From the NCBI GenBank assembly GCA_043747615.1, contig JAYTOU010000052.1:26938-90937 (forward strand): a stretch of DNA of 64,000 nt. Direction: 5' to 3'. The notes under the pieces are model-generated. The model saw nothing but the letters and a program-made list of their open reading frames with translations. It was not told where the DNA came from and made no database searches. The stretch is from Myxococcales bacterium (lineage in GTDB: Bacteria > Myxococcota_A > Polyangia > Polyangiales > Polyangiaceae). This document shows positions 49,910 through 58,989 of this stretch, in pieces (position 1 is the stretch's first letter; each line of letters begins with the position of its first letter). Position numbers and translations under genes: made by a program.

Positions 49910-50905
49910 ATGAAGACGTACCCTATGCGCCCGACCTACTTGCTATCGTCGATCCTCTTCGCTGCAATCTGTGCGACGAGCTGCGGCACCTCCTCGACCG
50001 GCGCTTCCGGTAGCGCTGACGGCGGCGGCGGCGACGGAGGTACTACCGGAATGGACGGCGCGAACGCCGATGGCGCGTCTTCGTCGGATGCTCACCTCGA
50101 TCTCGACGGGACGATCGGCGGTAACCGCCCGGTGGTCGTGCACGTTCCGCCGGGATACGTCGCGGGCGTCGCCGCACCGCTGGTGATCATGCTCCACGGC
50201 TACTCTGCAACGGCGGCGATCGAAGAGAGCTATTTGAAGTTCACGGCGCAGTCCGATGCCCGCGGATTCCTCTACGCAACACCCGAGGGACTGATCGACA
50301 CGGCGGGCAAGCATTACTGGAACGCCACCGACGCGTGCTGCGATTTCAACGCCTCGATGGTCGACGACTCCACGTACCTCAGCAACCTAATCAAACAGAT
50401 CGAGGCTCATTACACGGTCGATCCGAAGCGCGTCTTCTTCATTGGGCACTCCAATGGCGCGTTCATGTCGTACCGAATGGCATGCGACCACGCCGATCAG
50501 ATCGCTGCCGTCGCCAGCCTTGCCGGAGCCATGCCCAGCAACATGGCCATGTGCGCGCCGACGCAGGCCGTCAGCATTGTCGAGATCCACGGCACGAGCG
50601 ACGCGACGATCGTCTACGGCGGCGGAGTGATCGGGACGCACAGCTACCCGGGCGCGACGACCACCGTGAGCGACTGGGTCACGCTCGACGGCTGCGCGGC
50701 CACGGCCGACACATCTGCGCCCGCGCTCGACCTCGAATCCACCATCGCCGGGAACGAAACCGCCGTCACCAAGTATGCTGCGGGTTGCCGAGCGGGCGGT
50801 CATGCTGAGCTGTGGACGATCAACGGGGGAGGCCACATCCCCGCGCTGAGCAGCACGTTCACGACCGCCGTGATCGACTTCCTCTACGCGCACCCGAAGC
50901 CCTAA
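49910..50905 (+). CDS. PHB-depolymerase/LpqC-like alpha/beta esterase, lipoprotein
   Basis: Lipobox ATSC; PLVIMLHG, WNATDACC, GHSNG, HGTSD, GGGH. Confidence 0.88.
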   Translation: MKTYPMRPTYLLSSILFAAICATSCGTSSTGASGSADGGGGDGGTTGMDGANADGASSSDAHLDLDGTIGGNRPVVVHVPPGYVAGVAAPLVIMLHGYSATAAIEESYLKFTAQSDARGFLYATPEGLIDTAGKHYWNATDACCDFNASMVDDSTYLSNLIKQIEAHYTVDPKRVFFIGHSNGAFMSYRMACDHADQIAAVASLAGAMPSNMAMCAPTQAVSIVEIHGTSDATIVYGGGVIGTHSYPGATTTVSDWVTLDGCAATADTSAPALDLESTIAGNETAVTKYAAGCRAGGHAELWTINGGGHIPALSSTFTTAVIDFLYAHPKP

Positions 50906-50909
50906 TCGG

Positions 50910-52580
50910 TCAGCTCGAGGGCGGGGCCGCTTCGCTCGGCATCTCGCTCACCGCGGTCGGCCCTTTGACGGGTAAAACAAGGCGAAACACCGCGCCCGGA
51001 GCGCTAGGAAGACAGGCGAGCTCACCGTCGTGCTCGATGGCAATGCGCTGCGCGATCGCCAAACCGAGCCCGGTGCCTTGAGCCTTCGTCGTCGCGTACG
51101 GCTCGAAGAGACGAGCCGCCATTTCCGGCGCGATGCCCGGGCCGTTGTCCGTCACCGTGAGGTAGACCCGCTCGCGCGCGCTCTCGAGGGCCACGTGCAC
51201 CTCCCCCTTGTCCTTGGCTTTGACCGCGTCGAGCGCGTTCTGCACGAGGTTGGTCATCACCTGGATGATCTGATCGCGGTCGACAAAGACCTTGGGTAGT
51301 GTGTTCTTCACACTAACTGCGAGGACGGCGGTCCCCGCGTTTGCCCGATGGAGCTGCACGACGCCCTGCACGAGCTCCTCGAGATCCGTTGCCTCCGGAC
51401 GCGGCGGAGGGAGGCGGGCGAAGCGGGTGAACTCGGTGACGATGTTGGAGATTCGGTGCACCTCGGCAAGCACGGTGCGCGTCGCCTCGTCGAAGTAGTC
51501 GTCGAATGCGGGATCTTGACGGGCGCGCAGGCGGCGGAGCGTTTCCACCGCCGCGCGGATGGGGGCCAAGGGGTTTTTCACTTCGTGCGCCACGCGGCGG
51601 GCTACTTCGCGCCAGGCCGCGACCCGGCTGGTAGCCGCCAAACGGCGGCGGGTGGACTCAAGGTCTTCGATCATCTTGTCGAAGGCCGCCGTCAGATCCG
51701 CGATCTCTCCCGAGCCGCGAACGCGCAGGGGACGCGCTTCTCCCGCCGCTACTTTTCCCGCTTCAGAGGCGAGCTCGGCGATAGGCCGACCGAGGCTTCG
51801 CGCGAGAAGAGCGGCGATGGCCAAGGCCACTGCCGTCGCCACCAAAGCGGCAAAAAGAACGGTCTGATCGACGTGGGCCAGGGTTTGGTAAAGTTGCATC
51901 TTCGATTTGCTGACGTGGATTTGGAGGGTGTCGCCGGCGCCGTCTTTGAGCTCACAGGTGGACTCGACCACGTCTCCGGCCTGGGGCGCCGCCATGAAAC
52001 CGGCGGTGATCGTGAGCTGCGTCGTCTTACCGAGACGCCGCAGGAGGGGATCCATATTCCGGATTCCTACCAGTCCGACGCTTCGACCTCCGCTGCCCTC
52101 GCGCCGGCAACGAGCGATGAACCCGCGCACGTTGGGCGCACGAAGAAATGCCTCTGGGCGCCCGCGCACCAAGGATTTCGCATCCGGGGTCGGCATCCCG
52201 AGCAGCGTGCGCGGATCGGCACCGAGGATCTCGCCCGTGTCCGTTGCCAGGATGAGCGCGTCGAAATCGAAGGCTTCGCGTTGCCCGGGGACGAGAGCGG
52301 AGAGAGCCAGGCGCCGGTCGTCGAGCTCCCCCTTTTCGATCGCTACGAGCGTCCGATCGACCAGCTCGCCAGAGTGACACGCGCCGGTGATGAGCTTGCG
52401 ATCCGTCTCCGTCTGACGATGAATTTCATCGCTCACGCTCGCGCATGCCAAGCGCACTTCCTGGTTGAAGCGCGCGGTCTCTTCGCTTCTGCGTTCTTCG
52501 CGCATGGCGAAGCCGAGCCCACCGGTGGAGACGACGGCCACCGATCCGATGGCGATGACCAAGCGCGGCGCGAGCTTCAT
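50910..52580 (-). CDS. Membrane sensor histidine kinase (HAMP; NtrY-like H-box)
   Basis: Two TM helices, HAMP, AWREVARRVAHEVKNPL, NLVQNA, DNGPGI, GTGLGL. Confidence 0.95.
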   Translation of the reverse strand: MKLAPRLVIAIGSVAVVSTGGLGFAMREERRSEETARFNQEVRLACASVSDEIHRQTETDRKLITGACHSGELVDRTLVAIEKGELDDRRLALSALVPGQREAFDFDALILATDTGEILGADPRTLLGMPTPDAKSLVRGRPEAFLRAPNVRGFIARCRREGSGGRSVGLVGIRNMDPLLRRLGKTTQLTITAGFMAAPQAGDVVESTCELKDGAGDTLQIHVSKSKMQLYQTLAHVDQTVLFAALVATAVALAIAALLARSLGRPIAELASEAGKVAAGEARPLRVRGSGEIADLTAAFDKMIEDLESTRRRLAATSRVAAWREVARRVAHEVKNPLAPIRAAVETLRRLRARQDPAFDDYFDEATRTVLAEVHRISNIVTEFTRFARLPPPRPEATDLEELVQGVVQLHRANAGTAVLAVSVKNTLPKVFVDRDQIIQVMTNLVQNALDAVKAKDKGEVHVALESARERVYLTVTDNGPGIAPEMAARLFEPYATTKAQGTGLGLAIAQRIAIEHDGELACLPSAPGAVFRLVLPVKGPTAVSEMPSEAAPPSS

Positions 52581-53929
52581 GACGCTGGCGACTTCCGCGC
52601 GCGAGTGGCCGCGCCGAGGTCCCAGCCCGAAGGCGACGGCGGCAGGACGAGATCGGGGACGCGCCCGCCTTGCAGCCGAATTTCTCCTAAGACACCGATG
52701 CGCAGCGTGCGGGTCAGGGTGCGAGCTGGGGCCTCGGTGACCCGCGGCGGATGGCGCACGAGCTCTATCGCGTGCTGCGCGTTGTCAGCCGTCGCAAGCC
52801 CCGTGAGCGCGCCGATCGCTCCCGGAGCAAGCGGTCGTGCCACGTCGATCGCGAGGGCGAAGGAGCGTACGCGAAGGCGCTGTTGAAACTCCGCGGTCGG
52901 CAGTGGGCGCGCGGTGAGCTCGTGCGACGGGCGCGAGAGAGACGCCGCCACGGTGCGCGCGAGCTCCACCAGCCACGGCGAATCGTCGCGCACGAGGAGG
53001 TCAGCGGGGGAGCCGCCCCAACCTTCCTCGCGCTCCGTCGCCCAGGGGGCACCGATGGCGAGATAGGACAGACGCGCCGTCGGGATGCCGTCGGCCACAC
53101 GCTGCGCGACGCCAGGCGAGTTCCAGTTTCCCCCCTCGCGTCCGGTGCGCAAGATGGCCCACCCCACCGCACCGCAGTCGAACGATTTTGCACCCGCGCG
53201 CGGCTCGTGAAGACCGAGCCCGAGCCAGCCAACGTCATCGGCGCCGGCCTCGAAGGAGCGCAACGACGTCGCCAGATCAGCGACGGAGCGCACCGTGATT
53301 TCCTCTAGAAAAGAAGCTCCCCGCGCGGCGTTCGGGTTGCGCAGGAGCGCGAGGGCGCCGTCCCTTTTCTCTGCGCGAAACGGACCGGTGCCGTCGGGGT
53401 GATCGGGGGAAAAGGCAAGAGGAATGATTGCCGTGAGCGGCGACGATAGCGTTCGCGCGAGCTTGGCGGCGTCGCGACCGGTGAACTTCAAGGTGGTGGC
53501 ATCGATCCGCGTCGGTGTCGGAGTATCCGCGAGCCAGGCTTGCGCGCCGCTCGAGCGTGCGCGCGCGATCGAGGAGGCGGCATCTCGCGCATCGAGGGGG
53601 CGACCCTGGGCGGTGGTGAGCCCGCTGCGAACGCGCACCCGAAGATCAGATCCGTCGACTTCCGGATCGCCTTCGGCAAGAGAGGGTACGATGTTGCCTG
53701 CGTCGTCGCGCGCGTAGAGGGTGTCGAAGAGGGCGTCACCGAAGATCGCCGCGCCGACGTCGTCTAGGAGATGAGGATCGATCGAAAAAGTGGGCCAAGG
53801 AAGGCGAAGGCTGATTTTACCGCCCGCCGGTGAACGCCCGCGCGCGCGTCCGAGCCTCGGAATGGCGAACGCCCCCGTCACAGCCGCGGCGACGAACGCG
53901 CGTCGGGTGAGGTGACGCTCAGCGGACAA
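52577..53929 (-). CDS. Family 5 (peptide/nickel-type) solute-binding protein, Tat signal
   Basis: TRRAFV; SIDPH, LFDTLY...GNIVPSLA, GRPLDARDAASS, GTGPF; start TTG 53929 inferred. Confidence 0.78.
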   Translation of the reverse strand: MSAERHLTRRAFVAAAVTGAFAIPRLGRARGRSPAGGKISLRLPWPTFSIDPHLLDDVGAAIFGDALFDTLYARDDAGNIVPSLAEGDPEVDGSDLRVRVRSGLTTAQGRPLDARDAASSIARARSSGAQAWLADTPTPTRIDATTLKFTGRDAAKLARTLSSPLTAIIPLAFSPDHPDGTGPFRAEKRDGALALLRNPNAARGASFLEEITVRSVADLATSLRSFEAGADDVGWLGLGLHEPRAGAKSFDCGAVGWAILRTGREGGNWNSPGVAQRVADGIPTARLSYLAIGAPWATEREEGWGGSPADLLVRDDSPWLVELARTVAASLSRPSHELTARPLPTAEFQQRLRVRSFALAIDVARPLAPGAIGALTGLATADNAQHAIELVRHPPRVTEAPARTLTRTLRIGVLGEIRLQGGRVPDLVLPPSPSGWDLGAATRARKSPAS

Positions 53930-55235
53930 TCCACACCTCGTTGGCGACGACGGCAACGAGCGCGGGAACACCACGCACCTCGGGAGCACACACGGCGAGC
54001 GCGCGCACGCCCAGTGGAGCCGAGACGCGCCGACGCAGCCGGGGCTCGCCGCCGTCCCAGCTGGTGATCGCGATGGCGTCTTCTCCGCCGTCCATCGAGG
54101 TGACCACTTCGGGGATGCCGTCTTGATCGAGATCGCCGACGGCGACCTGCGCGCCCACGCCGTCGATGGATCTCTCGTCATCGCCGAGGCGCATCTTGAG
54201 CTTGCCGCCGGGTTCGCGCGCGACGGCGATTTCCCTTATTTTCCCGCTCGGAGAGACCACGTCCGCGGCTCCGAGCGCATCGAAACGCGCTGCCGGCGGC
54301 GTCATCCGCGCCACCTTGTCGCGCACCATGAGCGAGCAGCTCGTCACGGCGCCGTCGTATGCGCTCTCTTCCGGAGTCACGGTCGCACATGCGTCGCCAC
54401 CCTGCACTGCCATGGGGATACCGCGAAGCGACGAACGGACGACGAGGTTGCCGTCGAGAGACACGCCGCCTCGATCACTCGATCCGACGAAGAGGCCGCC
54501 ACCCTGCGCCTTGGGCTGAAACTCCGCACCGGCAAGCGGCTCGCGAAGGGACACGGGAAGGCGGGGCGCGAGATGGCTCCATGGGGCGAATTTCTCTGCA
54601 ACGAAACGCCCTCCGCGCACGTGTCCCATGGCGACGCGTGCACGCGACACCAGGACGAGCTCCATCCCGCCGTCCGCGTCCACGTCGCCGCAGGCCATCG
54701 CGATCACATCGCCTTCGTCGTGCCGTGCTTTGTGAATGCTGGCTTGCTCGAGGACGATCGCCGGAAGAAACGCCCGCGCTTCGGCGTCGAGCGGAGTCGT
54801 GGCAAAAGCGTGAGCCCTCGGCGGTGGCGCCGGCACCCGAATGCGATCCCAACCGTTGCTCATCACGGGATAGAGATCGGCCGACGCACGCAGCTCGCCC
54901 TTGGCGATCTCCACGCTGACGTACACGAGCCCCCCGCCTTTTCCAGACACGGCGCGAGCCGTCGAGAGCTGCGCCACTTGGGGATGCGAACGCGTGGTTC
55001 CCCCTAATTTACCGGCTATCAACGCTCCGAGCCGCACCGCGAGCTCGTCTCCTTTCGGAGCTGGGAGGTCACTCGCGAGCGGCGACACCACGACGACGGT
55101 GCCTGCGGGAACAGCGCCGAGCGCGTGCGCGATCTCCGGGGCGAGTGTCTCGAGCGCACCCGCCGCCTCGGCCCGCGGACAGAGAACGAGAACTGTGAAG
55201 GCGCCAAGTGCCACGCCTAGAAATGCGTTCCTCAA
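53919..55235 (-). CDS. Exported FG-GAP/VCBS-repeat protein
   Basis: Signal peptide AEA; GDVDADGGMELV and GDLDQDGIPEVV. Confidence 0.75.
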   Translation of the reverse strand: MRNAFLGVALGAFTVLVLCPRAEAAGALETLAPEIAHALGAVPAGTVVVVSPLASDLPAPKGDELAVRLGALIAGKLGGTTRSHPQVAQLSTARAVSGKGGGLVYVSVEIAKGELRASADLYPVMSNGWDRIRVPAPPPRAHAFATTPLDAEARAFLPAIVLEQASIHKARHDEGDVIAMACGDVDADGGMELVLVSRARVAMGHVRGGRFVAEKFAPWSHLAPRLPVSLREPLAGAEFQPKAQGGGLFVGSSDRGGVSLDGNLVVRSSLRGIPMAVQGGDACATVTPEESAYDGAVTSCSLMVRDKVARMTPPAARFDALGAADVVSPSGKIREIAVAREPGGKLKMRLGDDERSIDGVGAQVAVGDLDQDGIPEVVTSMDGGEDAIAITSWDGGEPRLRRRVSAPLGVRALAVCAPEVRGVPALVAVVANEVWIVR

Positions 55236-57715
55236 GGCAGCGTTTCCAAAGGTGCGACGTCAACGCTTCCTCCATCGCCGGTTGGCTTGGGCTCGGGCGG
55301 ACGACCGATCTCCGTCGGCTCTGTGCCCGCGAGAAACACTTCGTCCATCACCGTTTCGTCGCCCTCGGGGGGAAGCATTCCAGAGCGCACGTCGATCTTA
55401 ACGGTGACCAGCCCCGCGGGCCTCGGGAACTCGCTCGGCGGTTTGTGGTCGTGCGCCACCCTCATGAAATCGATCCACCCGGGCAGCGCGGTGACCGCTC
55501 CCGTCTCTTGTCCGCCGAGGGGCTTTCCATCGTCGTAGCCGACCCACGTGACCGCCGCGATCTCCGTAGAATACCCTGCAAACCACGTGTCTTTTGAGGC
55601 GTTGCTGGTTCCTGTTTTTCCTGCGAGCGGGCGCCGGAGCTCTTTTGCGCGGACCGCGGTGCCGTGATCGACGACGCTGCCGAGCATGTTGGTGATGACG
55701 TAGGCTTCGGCTTCGTCGAGGACGCGATGCGGCGGAGGCGGCGCCTTCAGCTCGAGATCTTTTCCGTCGGGCCCGACGATGCGCGTGACGAGTCGCGGCT
55801 CCTCGTAGGTGCCCCCTGCGGCAAACGTGGCGTACGCGCCGCACAGCTCGAGTGGCTCGACCTCGTAGCTTCCGAGCGCGAGGGAGAGATCGGGTTTCAT
55901 GATCGACGCAATGCCGAGCGCGTGCCCCCACTCGACCACGTTCGCCGGGCCGACGTCCTCGAGCACGCGCACGGCGACGATGTTCACCGAGTGGGCCAGG
56001 GCTTCGCGCAAGCGGAGGGGATCGCTGTCCTTCCATCCCTCGTAGTTGCTTGGTTTGTAACCGCCGGCGAAGATGGCAGGGGTGACGTCCACGAGCGACG
56101 AAGGCGTGTAGCGGCGGGAGTGGATGGCGTAGGAGTAGACGATCGGCTTGAACGTCGAGCCAGGCTGTCTCCGCGATTGGGTAGCGCGATCGAGCCCGCC
56201 GCTCGCCGCTTCGTAGCTTCCCACCAAGGCCACGATGCTCCGCGAGCGCGCGTCGATGGCGACGAGCGCGCCTTCCGGCCCCGACTCGATACGCAGGGGA
56301 ACTTTGGCGATCACCGCGGCGCCGTTCGCCGCACCCTCCGGCACGGGCGCAAGCAGGCTCACCCGCACGTGCGCTCCGACGGGCGCAAACACGCTCGCCG
56401 CGAGCTTCTGCGGATTGTAGCGCTCGAAGTCGGCGAGCTTCACCGAGCCGGTGACGGTTCCTACTCTCACGTCGACCGTCTTGTCGGCGTCGTCGGTCGC
56501 GGTGACTTCTCCGATGAAAACTTTGTGCCGGTCGAAGTTCGGCGTCCCCTCGTAAAGCGCCTCTTTCGGCGGGACAGCGCGCCCTTTTTTGTCGACGGTG
56601 GCCACCACGGCCTTGAGCGGAACGGCGAGCGCGTGACGTTTGTCGTAGGCCGCGAGGTTGTCGCGGAGGGCTTTTCGCGCGGCCATTTGCAGGCGCGGAT
56701 CGATGGTGGTCGTGATCGTGAAACCGCCACGCTTCGCTCGCTCGGGGTCGATCTCGTGGAGCATCTTCTTCGCGATCTCGACTGCCTCGGGCGCAAGCTC
56801 GCTATCCACCTCGGTGACCGAGGCCAGGCGAACCGGCTCGTCTTTCGCGGCGTCGTACTGGGCGTCGTTCAGGAAGCCCTTCTCGTGCATCTGCGCGAGG
56901 ACGAAGATACGTCGGCCGAGCGCGCGTTTCATGTCTTTGCGCGGCGAGAAGAGCTCGGGGCCCGCAGGCAGCCCAGCCAGGAGACCGGCCTCGGCGACGC
57001 TCAGGTCCTTCGCTCCCTTTCCAAAATTGTCGCGGGCAGCCTCTTCGATTCCGTAGCGACCGTGTCCGAAATAAATGTGATTCAGATAGAGCTCGAGGAT
57101 CTCGTCTTTCGACAAGTCTTGCTCGAGCTTGCGCGCAAGGAGCGCCTCACGAATTTTCCGTTTGTACGTGCGCTCGGGATCGAGCAGTAGATTTTTTACG
57201 ACCTGCTGAGTGATCGTGGAGCCGCCTTGGCGCGTGCGTCCGGAGCGAACGTTGACCGCAAACGCTCGGAGAATGCCGAAGTAGTTGAGGCCTTCGTGCT
57301 CGTAGAATCCGGCGTCCTCTGCGGCGAGAACGGCGAGCTTCACGTGCGCCGGAAGCGAGGCGATCGGCACCACCGTACGTCGCTCGGTGAAGAGCTCGGC
57401 CAGGAGCGTCCCATCGCGCGCGAGCACGCGAGTCACTTGCGGCGGGTGGTAGTTGCCCTTGAGGTCGGCGATGGATGGCAGCTCGTCCTCGAAGTGTCGC
57501 ACGACGAAGACGAGGGCAACGCCTGCGACGACGAGGCCGACGCCGACGACGATGGCCGCTCTTTTCATCGCGCGCCAGAGAGTGCGAAGGACGCGCTTTC
57601 TCCGTGAAACGAGGGAATCGACCGGCTCTTTGCGCACGTCTTCCTGGGGAACGCGCGACGAGGCGCGGCTCGTCCTTGGTCCCGGCGGGGCTTCCGGCGG
57701 CGTTTTCTCGGTCAC
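55232..57715 (-). CDS. mrcA: Class A penicillin-binding protein PBP1A
   Basis: TM helix; GT motifs EDAGFYEHEG, GGSTITQQ, RKIRE; TP motifs STFK, SVN, KTG; OB-like insertion. Confidence 0.95.
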   Translation of the reverse strand: MTEKTPPEAPPGPRTSRASSRVPQEDVRKEPVDSLVSRRKRVLRTLWRAMKRAAIVVGVGLVVAGVALVFVVRHFEDELPSIADLKGNYHPPQVTRVLARDGTLLAELFTERRTVVPIASLPAHVKLAVLAAEDAGFYEHEGLNYFGILRAFAVNVRSGRTRQGGSTITQQVVKNLLLDPERTYKRKIREALLARKLEQDLSKDEILELYLNHIYFGHGRYGIEEAARDNFGKGAKDLSVAEAGLLAGLPAGPELFSPRKDMKRALGRRIFVLAQMHEKGFLNDAQYDAAKDEPVRLASVTEVDSELAPEAVEIAKKMLHEIDPERAKRGGFTITTTIDPRLQMAARKALRDNLAAYDKRHALAVPLKAVVATVDKKGRAVPPKEALYEGTPNFDRHKVFIGEVTATDDADKTVDVRVGTVTGSVKLADFERYNPQKLAASVFAPVGAHVRVSLLAPVPEGAANGAAVIAKVPLRIESGPEGALVAIDARSRSIVALVGSYEAASGGLDRATQSRRQPGSTFKPIVYSYAIHSRRYTPSSLVDVTPAIFAGGYKPSNYEGWKDSDPLRLREALAHSVNIVAVRVLEDVGPANVVEWGHALGIASIMKPDLSLALGSYEVEPLELCGAYATFAAGGTYEEPRLVTRIVGPDGKDLELKAPPPPHRVLDEAEAYVITNMLGSVVDHGTAVRAKELRRPLAGKTGTSNASKDTWFAGYSTEIAAVTWVGYDDGKPLGGQETGAVTALPGWIDFMRVAHDHKPPSEFPRPAGLVTVKIDVRSGMLPPEGDETVMDEVFLAGTEPTEIGRPPEPKPTGDGGSVDVAPLETLP

Positions 57716-57815
57716 GACCGGTACGGTGTACCGAGGATTGCGCTTGGCGCCAATGATCCCGCCGACGAGCGCGGACGCGTTTGACGGAGAGCCTCGCGGG
57801 CCCTAGACCGCACCT

Positions 57816-58778
57816 GTGGAATTGCCCGCGCCGCCGCCGTCGCTTACGCGCTGCTGGGATCGCGCGAAGTGGCATTTCGAGCTCGCGACGTTTCCTAAGG
57901 AGCTTGGGAGGAAGGCGGCGCGCGCGCACATCGTGGCCATCTTGCGCTTCCTGGGCGAGCGGGGATTCCTCACGGCGGCAGGCAAACGCGCGATCCACGA
58001 AGGGGAGGCGTTGCTCGAGGTGCACGTCCGTCAGGGGGCCCGAGCATTTCTCGATCAGTCGTACGACGCGTACCTGGCGCGAACGCAGTACGGCAAGCCC
58101 CCGCCCGTGGAGTGGCTCGCTTCGCTCTGGAATGCCTACGAATCTCGGGTCGATGTCACCAAGCGGTGCAAGCTCACTCCGCTCGACGCTCTCCTCACGA
58201 AGACCCGCGGTCGCACCCTGGGCGATCTCCTGTGGGACATCCGGTCGAGCGAGGCTCTCCTCGAGCGAGTGCGGGCCGCTCTGCCCTTCGTCGCCGCGAG
58301 CGATCGTCCGCTGGTCGAAGCAACGCTCGCATTGAACGGAAAAGATCCCGTCGCTGTCGCGAAATCGCATCACGATCCGGCGCTCGCCCTTCATGCGCTC
58401 CGCTACCTGACGCGAAAGCGGCGTCAAGATGCGGGGCTCAAAGCTGCGGCCACGCTCGCCAAGCGACTGGATCTGCCACCTCCGAAGGCGCTGGCGATGG
58501 AGAAAGTCGAGGGCCTCGCCCACGCGGTGAACCTCGGCACTTCGGGCCCGACGGGCGCCCGTGCCTGGAAAAAATTGACGAAGGACGAGCAGCGCCGTCT
58601 GGCTCGCACGGTAGATGCACTCTACATAGATAGGTCGTCTCAGGACCTCGCGCTCGAAGCCATGCGCTGTGTGGCCGACGCCCAAACGCTTGCCCTCCTC
58701 CGGCGCCTCCCACCCGCCGGCGCGAGTTGCACGGTACTGGCGGAAATTGGCGCGATGACCGGGCTGCGTCTGCGGTAA
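57816..58778 (+). CDS. Hypothetical protein (WDRAKWH N-domain plus helical repeats)
   Basis: 320-aa ORF fills the gap between mrcA and the next gene; globular composition. Confidence 0.6.
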   Translation: MELPAPPPSLTRCWDRAKWHFELATFPKELGRKAARAHIVAILRFLGERGFLTAAGKRAIHEGEALLEVHVRQGARAFLDQSYDAYLARTQYGKPPPVEWLASLWNAYESRVDVTKRCKLTPLDALLTKTRGRTLGDLLWDIRSSEALLERVRAALPFVAASDRPLVEATLALNGKDPVAVAKSHHDPALALHALRYLTRKRRQDAGLKAAATLAKRLDLPPPKALAMEKVEGLAHAVNLGTSGPTGARAWKKLTKDEQRRLARTVDALYIDRSSQDLALEAMRCVADAQTLALLRRLPPAGASCTVLAEIGAMTGLRLR

Positions 58779-58989
58779 ACGCCCCTTTCACTCACCGCCG
58801 AAAACAAGTGTTCGAGGGGGGATCTCGCGCAGAGCAAAGGGCCGGGCGAAGTGCATCGCTTGGCCTACGGTGAGGGATTGTGTGCGCGGTAGCGAGGACG
58901 AATTATCGACGATTGCCAACGTGAACGGCCATCGGACATGTAAAATTCTGAGCTCGGGGTAATTCTCCCCGAGTCGCTAGGAGTTTCAC

